DNA of 32,000 nucleotides from Candidatus Spyradenecus sp. (GCA_045651325.1 JAZRSB010000021.1:10603-42602); one strand, 5' to 3'; counted from the first letter of the stretch, positions 8,304-17,863 are shown. Notes: generated by a model from the letters alone, not told the origin. A program made the numbers and translations.

Positions 8304-10343
8304 ATGAGCTACGCCATCTCACGCTTTAACACAATCCGCCGGAAAACCCGCGAAGTACTCGTCGGCGGCAACGTCGGCATCGGAGGCAACAATCCGGTCC
8401 GTATCCAGTCGATGACGACATCGAACACGCTCGACGTCGCCGCGACCGTCGCCCAGTGCATCCGTCTCGCGGAAGCCGGAAGCGAGCTGATTCGCATCAC
8501 GGCCCCGAGTGTCGCCGCGGCACAAGCGCTTAAACCGATCCGCGAGCAATTCCGTGCCGCCGGATTTTCACAGCCGCTCGTCGCCGACATTCACTTCCTG
8601 CCGGCAGCGGCGATGGAAGCCATCGAACACGTCGAAAAAGTCCGCATCAACCCGGGCAATTACGCGGACAAACGTTCCGCCGAAGCGCGCGACTATACGG
8701 ACAAAGAATACGCGGAAGAGCTTGAGCGCATCCACGCCGCCGTTGCTCCGCTAATCCGCCGCGCCAAAGAACTCGGCCGGACGCTGCGTATCGGCACGAA
8801 TCACGGCTCGCTGGCGGAACGCACGCTGCGGCGCTTCGGAGACACGCCCGCCGGCATGGTGGAAGCCGCCCTTGAATTCGTCCGCATTTGCGAAGCGGAA
8901 AACTTCCGCGATCTCGTGCTTTCGATGAAATCGTCGAACCCGAAGGTCATGATTGAAGCCTACCGCCTTGCCGTCGAAAAAATGAATGCCGAGCACATGG
9001 ACTATCCGATTCATCTCGGCGTCACCGAAGCCGGAGAAGGCGAAGACGCCCGCATCAAGTCGGCAATCGGAATCGGTTCCCTCCTCGTTGACGGCATCGG
9101 CGACACCATCCGTGTATCGCTCACCGAAGACCCGTGGCACGAAATTCCCGTTTGCCGCGAACTCCTCTCCCGCATCCGCCCGGAAAAGGCTCTGATTTCG
9201 GGAAGTATCGCCTCGAGCCCCGTCTGCGACCGCAGCGTTAATCCGCTCGACTATCACCGCCGCGACATTGTTCCGGTAACGCTCAACAAGCGATGCGACA
9301 TCTCCGTCGCAACGCCGCCGCGTGTTTTTGCCTTTGCGGATGTCGAAAAGCCGCTGGCCCAAATTATCAGCGATATTCGAGAAGCCAATTCCAAGACGGC
9401 CCCGATCGAAGGCATCGTGCTTCCCGTTGCCACGCAGTCCGACCTCGCCGCCGCCTGCGAAGTGCAGTGCGCCCTCGAAGACGAAGTCCCCGCATTTATT
9501 TTCGACCCGGTAAAAGACAGCGTCCCGGAGCTCTTTGAAAACTTCCGTCCCTCGCGCAAATCGGCCTCCTACATCCAGCGCCGATTCAATCCGGCAAATG
9601 CGGAAATCATTCCGTCCTGGGTCGAGGTCTGCCGCCAAAAAGGCGTCGGACTCGTCGTCGATTCCACGGCCGCCGCCCGCTCCGCCGTGCTTCCGGAATT
9701 GCGCGATTTCCCGCAGGAAAAACTCATTTTCACGACGAGCCGCAAATCTCCCGGCGTCCACGTCGTCGGCGCTTACCGCCAATTGGCTCAAGCTTTGGCC
9801 AATGTCGGCATTCGCTCGCCGATTTGGATTCGCGCCAGCGCCAAAAACACGATTCTTCCTTTCTCGAAAATTCCGACGGAATCTCCGGACGAAGCTCCGG
9901 CACTCGAGGCCGCCCTGCTCGCCGGGCCTCTGCTCTGCGACGGTATCGGCGACATTCTCTCGGTCGAAACCGCCGGCGATCTCAAGAAGAATCTTCAGCT
10001 CGCCTACGCCGTCCTCCAAGGCGCCCGCACCCGCCAAACGCGGACGGAATACATTGCCTGCCCGAGTTGCGGACGGACGCTTTACAACATCCAGGAAACC
10101 GTGCGTGAGATCAAGGCCCGCACCTCGCACCTCGACGGCGTGACCATCGGTATCATGGGTTGCATCGTGAACGGGCCGGGCGAAATGGCGGATGCCGATT
10201 TCGGCTACGTCGGCGGCGCTCCCGGGAAAATCAATCTCTACGTCCGCAAGGAATGCGTCGCCACCGGCATCCCGCAAGCCGAAGCCGTTGACCGACTTAT
10301 TGCTCTGATTAAGCAGCACGGCCGCTGGAAGGAACCGTCCTAA
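8304..10343 (+). CDS. ispG: 4-hydroxy-3-methylbut-2-enyl diphosphate synthase IspG (GcpE), long form with inserted central domain
   Basis: The N-terminal TIM barrel has RRKTREVLVGGNVGIGGNNPVRIQSMTTS, RITAPS, VADIHF, RINPGN, LRIGTNHGSL. The C-terminal 4Fe-4S domain has YIACPSCGRTLYNIQE...GCIVNGPGEMADADFGYVGG. About 270 extra residues lie between them, as in plant, chlamydial and Bacteroidota-type IspG. Confidence 0.93.
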   Translation: MSYAISRFNTIRRKTREVLVGGNVGIGGNNPVRIQSMTTSNTLDVAATVAQCIRLAEAGSELIRITAPSVAAAQALKPIREQFRAAGFSQPLVADIHFLPAAAMEAIEHVEKVRINPGNYADKRSAEARDYTDKEYAEELERIHAAVAPLIRRAKELGRTLRIGTNHGSLAERTLRRFGDTPAGMVEAALEFVRICEAENFRDLVLSMKSSNPKVMIEAYRLAVEKMNAEHMDYPIHLGVTEAGEGEDARIKSAIGIGSLLVDGIGDTIRVSLTEDPWHEIPVCRELLSRIRPEKALISGSIASSPVCDRSVNPLDYHRRDIVPVTLNKRCDISVATPPRVFAFADVEKPLAQIISDIREANSKTAPIEGIVLPVATQSDLAAACEVQCALEDEVPAFIFDPVKDSVPELFENFRPSRKSASYIQRRFNPANAEIIPSWVEVCRQKGVGLVVDSTAAARSAVLPELRDFPQEKLIFTTSRKSPGVHVVGAYRQLAQALANVGIRSPIWIRASAKNTILPFSKIPTESPDEAPALEAALLAGPLLCDGIGDILSVETAGDLKKNLQLAYAVLQGARTRQTRTEYIACPSCGRTLYNIQETVREIKARTSHLDGVTIGIMGCIVNGPGEMADADFGYVGGAPGKINLYVRKECVATGIPQAEAVDRLIALIKQHGRWKEPS

Positions 10344-10389
10344 TACGGCGACATCCGGTTTCAGCCCGCCTGCCGCCGAACGTCCGCAA

Positions 10390-10425
10390 TAAAAAAAGTC
10401 CTCCCTTTTACGGGAGGACTTTTTT
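10390..10425. terminator. Bidirectional rho-independent terminator between convergent ispG and GH84 genes
   Basis: AAAAAAAGTCCTCCC-TTTTAC-GGGAGGACTTTTTT. The stem is flanked by an A-run and a T-run, so it can terminate both strands. Confidence 0.8.
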
Positions 10426-10444
10426 GCGTATCGCAGAAGCGAAA

Positions 10445-12901
10445 CTATTTCGTACGAATGATTTCGAAGACCTTCACCGGCTTGTCTTTTTCCGGATTGA
10501 TCTGAATTGCACCGTCGGCATTCACCTTCACGCGTTCGGGGTGAGACGCAATGACGTGAACCTTGCGGAAGCCCTTTTCCGCGGGAATCGTCGTCGTGCT
10601 TGCAAAGCTGTAGCCGGAACGCGGATCGCCGTCGGTCATCGCCGCACGGGAACTGGCCTTAGCATCTTCGGGAATGTCGAATTTGAATTCGTTCAGTTTA
10701 ATGCTGATCGGCTTCCCGGAATTGTTGACGTAGCGGAAGAAGCGAATCTTCTGCTTTACATCCAACGAGTTCTGAAGCTCGGCGCCGTTATTGCGCGTAT
10801 TGAAGCGCGTCCACGTCGTTCCGTCCTTGGAGATTTCGACGTGACCGCTCTTGGACGCATCGGGGTTTTCAAGCTTCAGGTGGATGTAATTGCCGTAAAT
10901 GCCTTCCGGAAGTTCAATGCCGACATACTGCTTCGGGCCCAACGTAATCGGTTCGAACTTACGAATGCGCACGTACTTACCGTCGCGCTGTGCGACATCC
11001 TTCTTCATCTGGCTGACATCGGAAACCACCTTGTACAGGACTTCGCCGGAGCCCGCTGCAACGGCCTGTCCGCCCAACTGCTTGTGGAATTTACCCCACT
11101 CGGCGAGGAAGATTTCGTTGAGGAACGGCATAACGACGCGTTCGGCCACCTTGCTCGGATTGCGGTGCGGGGCGCCGATCTTGTCGGCATGGCCGGCCTG
11201 CGCTTCCATCGTGCGTTCACGCGAGTCGTAGAACTTCGCCGCCTTGGATGCAAATTCTTCGCGTTTTTTCGCATCCGTCGCCGTGATGAATTTCACCGTG
11301 GCTCCGCCGAATTTTCCGGTTTCGCCGAGAGCGCGCACCCAGAATTCGACTTCCTCCCAAAGCGCCGGATTATCCGACGGCACGAGCTTGATGAGCTCCT
11401 TGGAAGCCTTGTTCATTTTGGCAAATTCTTCCATCAGCTTCTTTTCGTTCGCCTTGGAAATTTTCCCGCTCTTTTTATACTCGTCCAACGCGGCGTCGAT
11501 GACGGGCTTAAACTCCACGGATTCTTCGCGGCGATAACCGTGGCCGTTCGGCCCCTGGTCGGAACTGTGGTTGGCGAGCGTCTGCATGGCACCCGCGTAT
11601 TGCGGGAAGAGCTGGCGAATCCCGGCCTTCCAGGACTTTTCGGAATTGAAATCGTCGATATTCCAGCAGTAGTCCGCAACGCCGAAGAGCGCGATTTTCG
11701 AAGCTTCCGGCTTGTCCATCGGATTGGAGACGAGGCCGGCGTACTTGCCCTTATTTTCCTTCGCCAAGCCGTAGGTGCGGCCGAGGAGAAGCGAGCTGGC
11801 GCAGTAATCAACGACCGGCCAGTTCCACCAGATGTACGGCGGGCGCTTGAGGCGCTTCGAGACCCAGTCCACGGTATCTTCCGTGATGTCGGTACAAACG
11901 GAATTGCCGGTCCACATCACGCGGATGCTCGGCTGAAGCTTGTTGCCGAGAATGTCCAGATAATCACCGCCGGACCATCCCTTGTTATATTGGCTCGGGC
12001 ACATGATGAGCGGAGCAACGTCGGTCTTTTTCGCGAGGAAATTATCGACCACGTAATTGCAAACTTCCGCCTGCAGGTCGGCGTCATGCTTGAAAATGTC
12101 GTCGAAAAACACGCCGAAGGAACGCACGCCGAGGCCGTACATCAGTTCGAATTTTTCGACGAGTTTCTTCATGTTTTCGCGGGCGTTCGTCGGATTGGTA
12201 ATAATGCTTCCGACGTGTGCCGCCCAAACGAAGTCCACGCAGTTGTCGTGCGCCGCCTTAATTTGCTTTTTCAGGAGTTCCGCCGTTTCTTTCGGGTACG
12301 GTTCCCACCAGCGCGCGTGGTGATACGGGTCGTCCTTCGGGCCGTAGATGTAGGTATTGATCTTGTATTTCCCGTAGAAATCGAATTGGCTGAAGCGGGC
12401 TTCCGGAGTCCAAGGACGTCCGTAATAGCCTTCGACGGAACCGCGGTAAGGCACGTCCGGCCAGTCCAAAACCGTCCCGCAGGCCAATTGTCCGTCGGCT
12501 TCAATCATTCGCGCCATCGTCTGAACGGCATAGAATTCCCCGGCGGAATCCAGAGCGCTGACAACGATTTCCTTGGGCGAAATTTTCAGAAAATAGGCCC
12601 CGGCACAGGGCGCGGTCTTTTCGGCTTTGAGCATTTTCTTCAGCGTCGCGCCGTCCTTTTCGACGCTCACGACGAGGCTTCCGGCCGGCATCAGTTTTTT
12701 CTCTTTGAAGACGGCGGTCAAGGGCGCGTACTTGCGGACCGTGCCGGTTGAAAGCATCTTGGCGTCGATGCTCTGCCCGCCGGCTTCCTTGACGAGTTGC
12801 GGAACCGGGTAAATATCTTTCGCGGAAGCACCGAACGCAAACGGGACGGCAAACGCGGAAAGAGAAAGTGCCAAAAATAAAGAGAGTGTCGGGGATTTCA
12901 T
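10445..12901 (-). CDS. Secreted GH84 beta-N-acetylglucosaminidase (O-GlcNAcase/NagJ-like) with a C-terminal discoidin (F5/8 type C, CBM32-like) domain
   Basis: Signal peptide is MKSPTLSLFLALSLSAFAVPFAFGA. An N-terminal GH20b-like domain is present. GH84 catalytic signatures are YRGSVEGYYGRPW, KINTYIYGPKDDPYH and the catalytic Asp pair in GVFFDDI. The C-terminal beta-sandwich is ...HLKLENPD...VEISKDGTTWTRF...RFFRYVN. Confidence 0.9.
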   Translation of the reverse strand: MKSPTLSLFLALSLSAFAVPFAFGASAKDIYPVPQLVKEAGGQSIDAKMLSTGTVRKYAPLTAVFKEKKLMPAGSLVVSVEKDGATLKKMLKAEKTAPCAGAYFLKISPKEIVVSALDSAGEFYAVQTMARMIEADGQLACGTVLDWPDVPYRGSVEGYYGRPWTPEARFSQFDFYGKYKINTYIYGPKDDPYHHARWWEPYPKETAELLKKQIKAAHDNCVDFVWAAHVGSIITNPTNARENMKKLVEKFELMYGLGVRSFGVFFDDIFKHDADLQAEVCNYVVDNFLAKKTDVAPLIMCPSQYNKGWSGGDYLDILGNKLQPSIRVMWTGNSVCTDITEDTVDWVSKRLKRPPYIWWNWPVVDYCASSLLLGRTYGLAKENKGKYAGLVSNPMDKPEASKIALFGVADYCWNIDDFNSEKSWKAGIRQLFPQYAGAMQTLANHSSDQGPNGHGYRREESVEFKPVIDAALDEYKKSGKISKANEKKLMEEFAKMNKASKELIKLVPSDNPALWEEVEFWVRALGETGKFGGATVKFITATDAKKREEFASKAAKFYDSRERTMEAQAGHADKIGAPHRNPSKVAERVVMPFLNEIFLAEWGKFHKQLGGQAVAAGSGEVLYKVVSDVSQMKKDVAQRDGKYVRIRKFEPITLGPKQYVGIELPEGIYGNYIHLKLENPDASKSGHVEISKDGTTWTRFNTRNNGAELQNSLDVKQKIRFFRYVNNSGKPISIKLNEFKFDIPEDAKASSRAAMTDGDPRSGYSFASTTTIPAEKGFRKVHVIASHPERVKVNADGAIQINPEKDKPVKVFEIIRTK

Positions 12902-13026
12902 GGAAACGATTCAAACGTTCCCGTGCGTGCAGGTCAAAAGAAAAGCCCGTAAAAATAAATTCCCGCCGGCTCGAGAAAGCGGAAAAAACGATTGCGGGAA
13001 ACGGCAACGAAAAGCATAGTTTTAAC

Positions 13027-13329
13027 ATGGATTTGATTTCCCCTATTTTCTTCGGACTCCCTACCGGAGTCACCATCTTCATCGTCGTTGTCGTCATTCT
13101 CCTGCTTTTCGGCGGCAGCAAGATTCCGGAACTGGCCCGCGGCATTGCCCGGGCACGGAAGGAATTTAAGAAAGCGACGGACGAAGTGGAACGCGAATTC
13201 GCCGAAAGCGAAGAAGATGAGATGCGCAAGGAAGCCCGCCGCAAAATCATCGAAGAGGAAGAACGCGCCGCCATTCGTGCACGCATCGAAGCGGAAGAAC
13301 GCGCCAAGACCGATGCCGGCAAGCAGTAA
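13027..13329 (+). CDS. tatA: Twin-arginine translocase subunit TatA/E family with a long charged tail
   Basis: ORF 12868..13329 trimmed to the ATG at 13027. MDLISPIFFGLPTGVTIFIVVVVILLLFGGSKIPELARGIARARKEFKKA is the TatA TM helix plus amphipathic helix (FGxxKxPE). A Glu/Arg-rich tail follows. Confidence 0.8.
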   Translation: MDLISPIFFGLPTGVTIFIVVVVILLLFGGSKIPELARGIARARKEFKKATDEVEREFAESEEDEMRKEARRKIIEEEERAAIRARIEAEERAKTDAGKQ

Positions 13330-13362
13330 TCCGCGCCACAACGCCCCGACCCAGTTTTAGTC

Positions 13363-15468
13363 ATGAAAAAAATTCTCACCAGCCTGTTTCTCGCACTCTG
13401 TGCGATTTGCACTCCGCTCGCCGCTCAGGAGTGGAACCCGCCCTCCGCCTTCGGATTCGGCGCAACCCAGAGCGGCCCGTCCACCTCGGTCGCCGTGTTC
13501 TCCGGTGCCGACAACATTCCCGCCGGCGAAAGCTTCTCCCTGCTCGCGCGCATCACGATGAAGCCGCACTGGCATGTTTACTGGAAAAATCCGGGCGAAG
13601 CCGGAATGCCGCTCTCCATCGAGTGGAACTCCGTCCCCGCCGGCGTCACGCTCGGCCCATGGCGCTGGAGCCAACCGAAGTACTATGCGCTTCAGGGACT
13701 CGGCAGCTACGTCTATGAAGACGTCGCCTACGTCGAAATTCCCGTCACCCTCGCCAAGGACCTTCCCGCCGGCTCGCTAAGCCTTTCCGGCACCGCCTCG
13801 TGGCTTGCCTGCGACGACAACGGTTGCTACCCGGAAGAAGCCCGCGTCAGCGTAAAATTCAACGTGCTCGCTCCGGGTTCGGAACGCATCCCCGCCAACC
13901 CGCCGCTCGTTTTCGCCGATGCCGAAAAGCTCTTCCCCAAGAGCGGTGCGCTCAGCCTGAGCTACGTGAAAAATGCGGACAGCGTCACGGTCACCGTCAA
14001 GGGCGATGCCGCCCGGACGCTTTCGGACGCCGCACGTTTCTTCCCGGAATCCGCTAAATTTTCCACGGCAGCCGCCACGGCCGTCCCCGTCGTCGGCAAC
14101 GGAACGCTGAGCTTTACGCTTCCGCTCAACGAAGGTGAAACGATTGAAGGCCCGGGCGATGTCGCCGGCGTCCTGATCGGCGGCAACGGCGAATCCTACG
14201 AAGTGCTTCCGGGCGACAACTCGGCCGCCGAAGCCGCTCCCGTCGCGGCATTCAGCTTCGACCTCGCATTTCTCGGTCTCTTGGCCCTCGCCTTTGCCGG
14301 CGGCCTCATCCTGAACCTCATGCCCTGCGTCTTCCCGGTCCTCGGCCTGAAAATTATGCACTTCGTCGGCAAATCCGGAGAAGACAAGAGCAAGATTGCC
14401 CGCCACGGCTTTGTCTTCGGCGCCGGCGTCCTGATTTCGTTCTGGGTACTCGCAGGTATCCTCGTCGCGCTCCGCAGCGGCGGCGAACAACTCGGCTGGG
14501 GCTTCCAACTTCAGGAACCGGGCTTCGTGTACGGCATGATCCTGCTGATGCTCGTCTTCGGTCTGTCGATGTCCGGCGTCTTCGAATTCGGCGCAAGCGC
14601 CACGAGCGTCGGCGGCTCGCTCACGGAAAAATCCGGTTATGCCGGGTCCTTCTTCTCCGGGGTTCTCGCCGTCATCATCGCGACTCCCTGTGCGGCTCCG
14701 TTCCTGGCTCCGGCGCTCGGAAGCGCACTGGCCCTGCCGCCCGTCCCGTCGTTCTCCTTGTTCACGGCCATCGCCGTCGGCCTCGCCGCGCCGTACGTCA
14801 TTCTCTCCTGCGTTCCCGCCCTGCTGAAATTCCTCCCGAAGCCCGGTGCCTGGATGGAAACCTTCAAACAGGCAATGGCGTTCCTGCTCTATGCGCCCGC
14901 GCTCTACTTCGCCTGGGTGCTCCTGGGCCAGATTGAAGATCCCTTCGCCCAGCGCGACCTGCTGATCTCCTTCGCCGTCATCGCCCTCGCCTGCTGGATC
15001 TACGGACGCTGGGCCGTCGCCTGGCGCAGCCGCCTCTCCCGCATCACGGGCACTCTGGTCGCACTCGTCCTTTTCGCCGGCACAATCTTCTATTGCACAA
15101 ACCTCATCTACGGCGAAAAGGAAGACGAATGGGTCGCCTGGTCGCCGGCCGCACAAGCCGAAGCCTTGAACGACGGTAAGATTGTTTACATTGACTTCAC
15201 GGCACGTTGGTGTGCGACCTGTCAGGTCAACAAAGCCGTTTACTCGAATGACGCGCTCCAAGCCGAATTCAAGGCCGCCGACGTCGTCAAAATGCGTGCG
15301 GACTGGACAAATAAGGACGCGACGATTGCCGCCGAACTCCGCAAGTACGGCCGCGCCGCCGTCCCCGTAAACGTCTTCCTGAAAAAGGACAAGGCTCCCG
15401 TAATTCTCGGAGAACTCTTTGCAGGCCCCGGCACCGTTTCCGCCGGACTCGAAGAAATTTCGGAATAA
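13363..15468 (+). CDS. DsbD-family thiol:disulfide interchange protein (N-terminal periplasmic domain, CcdA-like membrane core, C-terminal thioredoxin)
   Basis: A signal peptide is present. The DsbD-alpha-like domain has WHVYWKNPGEAG...WLACDDNGCYPEE. The membrane core has conserved Cys in LNLMPCVFPVLGLK and IIATPCAAPFLAPALG. The thioredoxin domain has FTARWCATCQVNK. Confidence 0.88.
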   Translation: MKKILTSLFLALCAICTPLAAQEWNPPSAFGFGATQSGPSTSVAVFSGADNIPAGESFSLLARITMKPHWHVYWKNPGEAGMPLSIEWNSVPAGVTLGPWRWSQPKYYALQGLGSYVYEDVAYVEIPVTLAKDLPAGSLSLSGTASWLACDDNGCYPEEARVSVKFNVLAPGSERIPANPPLVFADAEKLFPKSGALSLSYVKNADSVTVTVKGDAARTLSDAARFFPESAKFSTAAATAVPVVGNGTLSFTLPLNEGETIEGPGDVAGVLIGGNGESYEVLPGDNSAAEAAPVAAFSFDLAFLGLLALAFAGGLILNLMPCVFPVLGLKIMHFVGKSGEDKSKIARHGFVFGAGVLISFWVLAGILVALRSGGEQLGWGFQLQEPGFVYGMILLMLVFGLSMSGVFEFGASATSVGGSLTEKSGYAGSFFSGVLAVIIATPCAAPFLAPALGSALALPPVPSFSLFTAIAVGLAAPYVILSCVPALLKFLPKPGAWMETFKQAMAFLLYAPALYFAWVLLGQIEDPFAQRDLLISFAVIALACWIYGRWAVAWRSRLSRITGTLVALVLFAGTIFYCTNLIYGEKEDEWVAWSPAAQAEALNDGKIVYIDFTARWCATCQVNKAVYSNDALQAEFKAADVVKMRADWTNKDATIAAELRKYGRAAVPVNVFLKKDKAPVILGELFAGPGTVSAGLEEISE

Positions 15469-15474
15469 AACAGC

Positions 15475-16395
15475 ATGAAGCTTCCCGTCGCGCTCGTCCC
15501 CGCCGTCTGCCTGTTCGCACTTCCCGCAACGGCAGACACGTTTTCCGCTTGGGACGAGAACGACTACTGGGGCTCCTGGTCGGATAAATACTACACGAAT
15601 CACACGCGATTCGGCTATACCTACGACTCCGTTTCAAGCCCGGGCGAGCATTATTTTTTCTCGTTCGGACAGGAGATGTACACGGCGGCGGACAGAACCG
15701 CGTCTGTTCCGCCGGCAAATGACCGCCCCTACGCCGGCGTTTTCTACGTCTCTGCCGGCTTTGCCCAAAGCAACGCCAATCTCCTCAATGCCGTCGAGCT
15801 CCAGCTCGGCGTCACCGGTCCTGCGTCGGGAGCGGCCAAAAGCCAGCATAATTACCACTCGCTCATCGACGAATACACGCCTGCCGGCTGGGATTCACAG
15901 GTGAAAAACCAAGCGGCCGTCAATCTGCTGAGCGAAACCCGAATGCGCACTCAACTCTCCGGAAATCCCGGCGAGGGCTACGCGAGCGACGCCATCGTCC
16001 GCGGCTTCTTCTCGCTGGGAACGGTACGCACGCAACTCTCGGGCGGCGTCCAGTTCCGCTACGGCATCAATCTCCCGCAAGATTTCGGGTACGTCCCGAT
16101 GCGGCAAAGCACCTCCGTCGTCCTCAAGCCGAATACCCCCGCAAGCTTTTACGTCTTCGCCGATTTCCAAGCCGACCTGAACGTTTACGACGTCACGCTC
16201 GGCGGCGAATTACTGCGAAAACACGAATCGGACATCTATGCCTACCCGCTGACGGCAGAATTCACCATCGGTGCGACGGCGGTTTACGGAAACTGCTCCG
16301 TGACGTTCTTCCAATCCTTCCGAAGCCGTGATTTCTCCTCGGCCGACAGCCCGTTTTTCGCGTTCGGCGGGCTCCGGCTCAGCTACTCATTTTAA
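15475..16395 (+). CDS. LpxR-family lipid A 3-O-deacylase-like outer-membrane protein (DUF2219)
   Basis: A signal peptide is present, then WDENDYWGSWSDKYYTNHTRFGY, GQEMYTAAD, NDRPYAGVFYV, LQLGVTGPASGAAKSQHNYHSLI...PAGWDSQVKNQAAVNL. This pattern is characteristic of LpxR/DUF2219 beta-barrels. The protein ends in F. Confidence 0.78.
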   Translation: MKLPVALVPAVCLFALPATADTFSAWDENDYWGSWSDKYYTNHTRFGYTYDSVSSPGEHYFFSFGQEMYTAADRTASVPPANDRPYAGVFYVSAGFAQSNANLLNAVELQLGVTGPASGAAKSQHNYHSLIDEYTPAGWDSQVKNQAAVNLLSETRMRTQLSGNPGEGYASDAIVRGFFSLGTVRTQLSGGVQFRYGINLPQDFGYVPMRQSTSVVLKPNTPASFYVFADFQADLNVYDVTLGGELLRKHESDIYAYPLTAEFTIGATAVYGNCSVTFFQSFRSRDFSSADSPFFAFGGLRLSYSF

Positions 16396-16401
16396 CCGAC
16401 C

Positions 16402-17061
16402 ATGAAGCTCGCCTCTTATCTGCTCATTGATGCCTCGTCGCCCGCCTCCGCCATTGTCGCCCGGCTGGATGCCGGCGGACGCGCCTGGGCTCAATTTACG
16501 GAAGAGCCGAGCGCGGCCCTTGAAGGCATCTTTACGGCCGCCGAACGGGTCTGCCCGCAGTTTTCCCCGTCCGGTTTTCTCTTCTGCGAAGGCCCCGGCT
16601 CCATTTTGGGAATACGCATCGCCGCCGCCGCAATTCGCGGACGCAACGCCCTCGGTCCGGCCGTCCCCGTGATGGCATTCCAAAGTCTCCGCCTCGTTGC
16701 AAGCCTGCTTCTGCGCCGTTTCCCGGAAGAAAAAAACTTCGCCGTACTCGCAGAATCGCGCATGAACGCCTGGAACCTCCTGCTTGTCGAAGAAGGCGTC
16801 CCCGCCGAAAACTTCCGGGAAGTTAAAACCGCGGAACTTTCCGCTCTCTCCTTGGAAAAGGTATTTCTGTTGCCGCAACGCCGTCCCGCACCGCCGCCGA
16901 TTCCGACGACGCCCGTGAACCCGGCCCGGCTCCTGCAGGACGATCCCGCCGTCTTCGCCGACACGCCCGCACTCCTGCGCGACTGCGGCGGGCTTCCGGA
17001 CGCCACCAATACCGCCGCGGCATCCGGCTACGCGAAATGGACGCCGGAGCGCCACCGCTAA
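16402..17061 (+). CDS. tsaB: Divergent TsaB (YeaZ)-like tRNA t6A complex dimerisation subunit
   Basis: N-terminal ASKHA-like pattern is LLIDASSPASAIVA...FLFCEGPGSILGIRIAAAAIRG (compare the TsaB pattern ILAIDT...GPGSFTGxRIG). Size is about 220 aa. It is more divergent than typical TsaB, so confidence is only moderate. Confidence 0.55.
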   Translation: MKLASYLLIDASSPASAIVARLDAGGRAWAQFTEEPSAALEGIFTAAERVCPQFSPSGFLFCEGPGSILGIRIAAAAIRGRNALGPAVPVMAFQSLRLVASLLLRRFPEEKNFAVLAESRMNAWNLLLVEEGVPAENFREVKTAELSALSLEKVFLLPQRRPAPPPIPTTPVNPARLLQDDPAVFADTPALLRDCGGLPDATNTAAASGYAKWTPERHR

Positions 17062-17067
17062 GCCCGT

Positions 17068-17112
17068 AAAAAAACAAAAAAAACGTTCCCGCAAACACGG
17101 GAACGTTTTTTT
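17068..17112. terminator. Bidirectional rho-independent terminator between the convergent tsaB-like gene and the paralog pair
   Basis: AAAAAAACAAAAAAAACGTTCCCG-CAAACA-CGGGAACGTTTTTTT. An 11-bp stem is flanked by an A-run and a T-run. Confidence 0.8.
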
Positions 17113-17128
17113 ATCAACGGCTCAATCC

Positions 17129-17863
17129 TTATTGAGCGGCAGCTTCCGAAGCCTTCTTCTGAGCGGCGAGGAATTCTTCCTCGTTCACCTTCGTGTAGAG
17201 CTTCGATTCGACAATTTCCATGAGGTAGTCGCGAGCCAGAGAGAAGCCGTACTGCTTAATCATCAGATCATTGTTCTTGATCAGGTTTTCTTCCGCCGTC
17301 TTGACGTTTTCCAGTGCCTTCGCCTTTTCTTCGCTTTCCGGCATCTTCTTGATGGATTCGTTGAGCGCAACGAGCTGCTGGCGCAGATTGTGCATCACCT
17401 GAACATTGTGGCGGAACTGCGTGTTCGCGTCCGCACCCGGAATTTCGGCGATAAGGCGGAACTTGTCGTCGCCCTTAACCAGCAGCTGTTCGGCCGGAAC
17501 GGAAGCATCGTCCTTAGCGGCGGCGTATTCCGCGTCCGTGAGTTTGAGGAAGATGCGCGTCTTGAGGATCTGGTGGAGGTAGTCGCGAGCCAAGGAATAG
17601 CCGTAAGCGCGGGCCATTGCCTGATTGTTTTCTTCGAGCTTCTTGACGATTTCCTTGCTCTTTTCGAGAGCCGCCGCGCGTTCCGCATCCGTCAACGCCG
17701 TCTTTGCGCGCTGATTCAGTTCAACAACCGCCTGACGCTGGCGTTGAACGACCTGGACGTTTTGAACAAACTGCGTATTCGCTTCAACGGTATTAATCGT
17801 AGAAACGTGGATGAATTTCTGACCGTTCTGCTCGATAAAGTCGAGTGCTGTATTTTCTGCCAT
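17129..17863 (-). CDS. Hypothetical protein, internally duplicated (2 x ~110 aa) coiled-coil module, paralog B, with no signal peptide
   Basis: It starts MAENTALDFIEQNGQKFIHVSTINTVEAN..., exactly where the mature part of paralog A begins. The two modules share NVQV, YG(Y/F)SLARDYL and (T/N)(D/E)(A/E)E(Y/F). I recognise no family. There is a weak resemblance to Skp/OmpH-type chaperones, which is speculative. Confidence 0.6.
   Translation of the reverse strand: MAENTALDFIEQNGQKFIHVSTINTVEANTQFVQNVQVVQRQRQAVVELNQRAKTALTDAERAAALEKSKEIVKKLEENNQAMARAYGYSLARDYLHQILKTRIFLKLTDAEYAAAKDDASVPAEQLLVKGDDKFRLIAEIPGADANTQFRHNVQVMHNLRQQLVALNESIKKMPESEEKAKALENVKTAEENLIKNNDLMIKQYGFSLARDYLMEIVESKLYTKVNEEEFLAAQKKASEAAAQ

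Noticed and set aside
10424-12751. 775-aa plus-strand ORF
   Set aside because: It is codon-aligned antisense to the GH84 gene, which has unmistakable family signatures (VEGYYGRPW, FFDDI). The ORF exists only because the sense gene avoids TTA, CTA and TCA.
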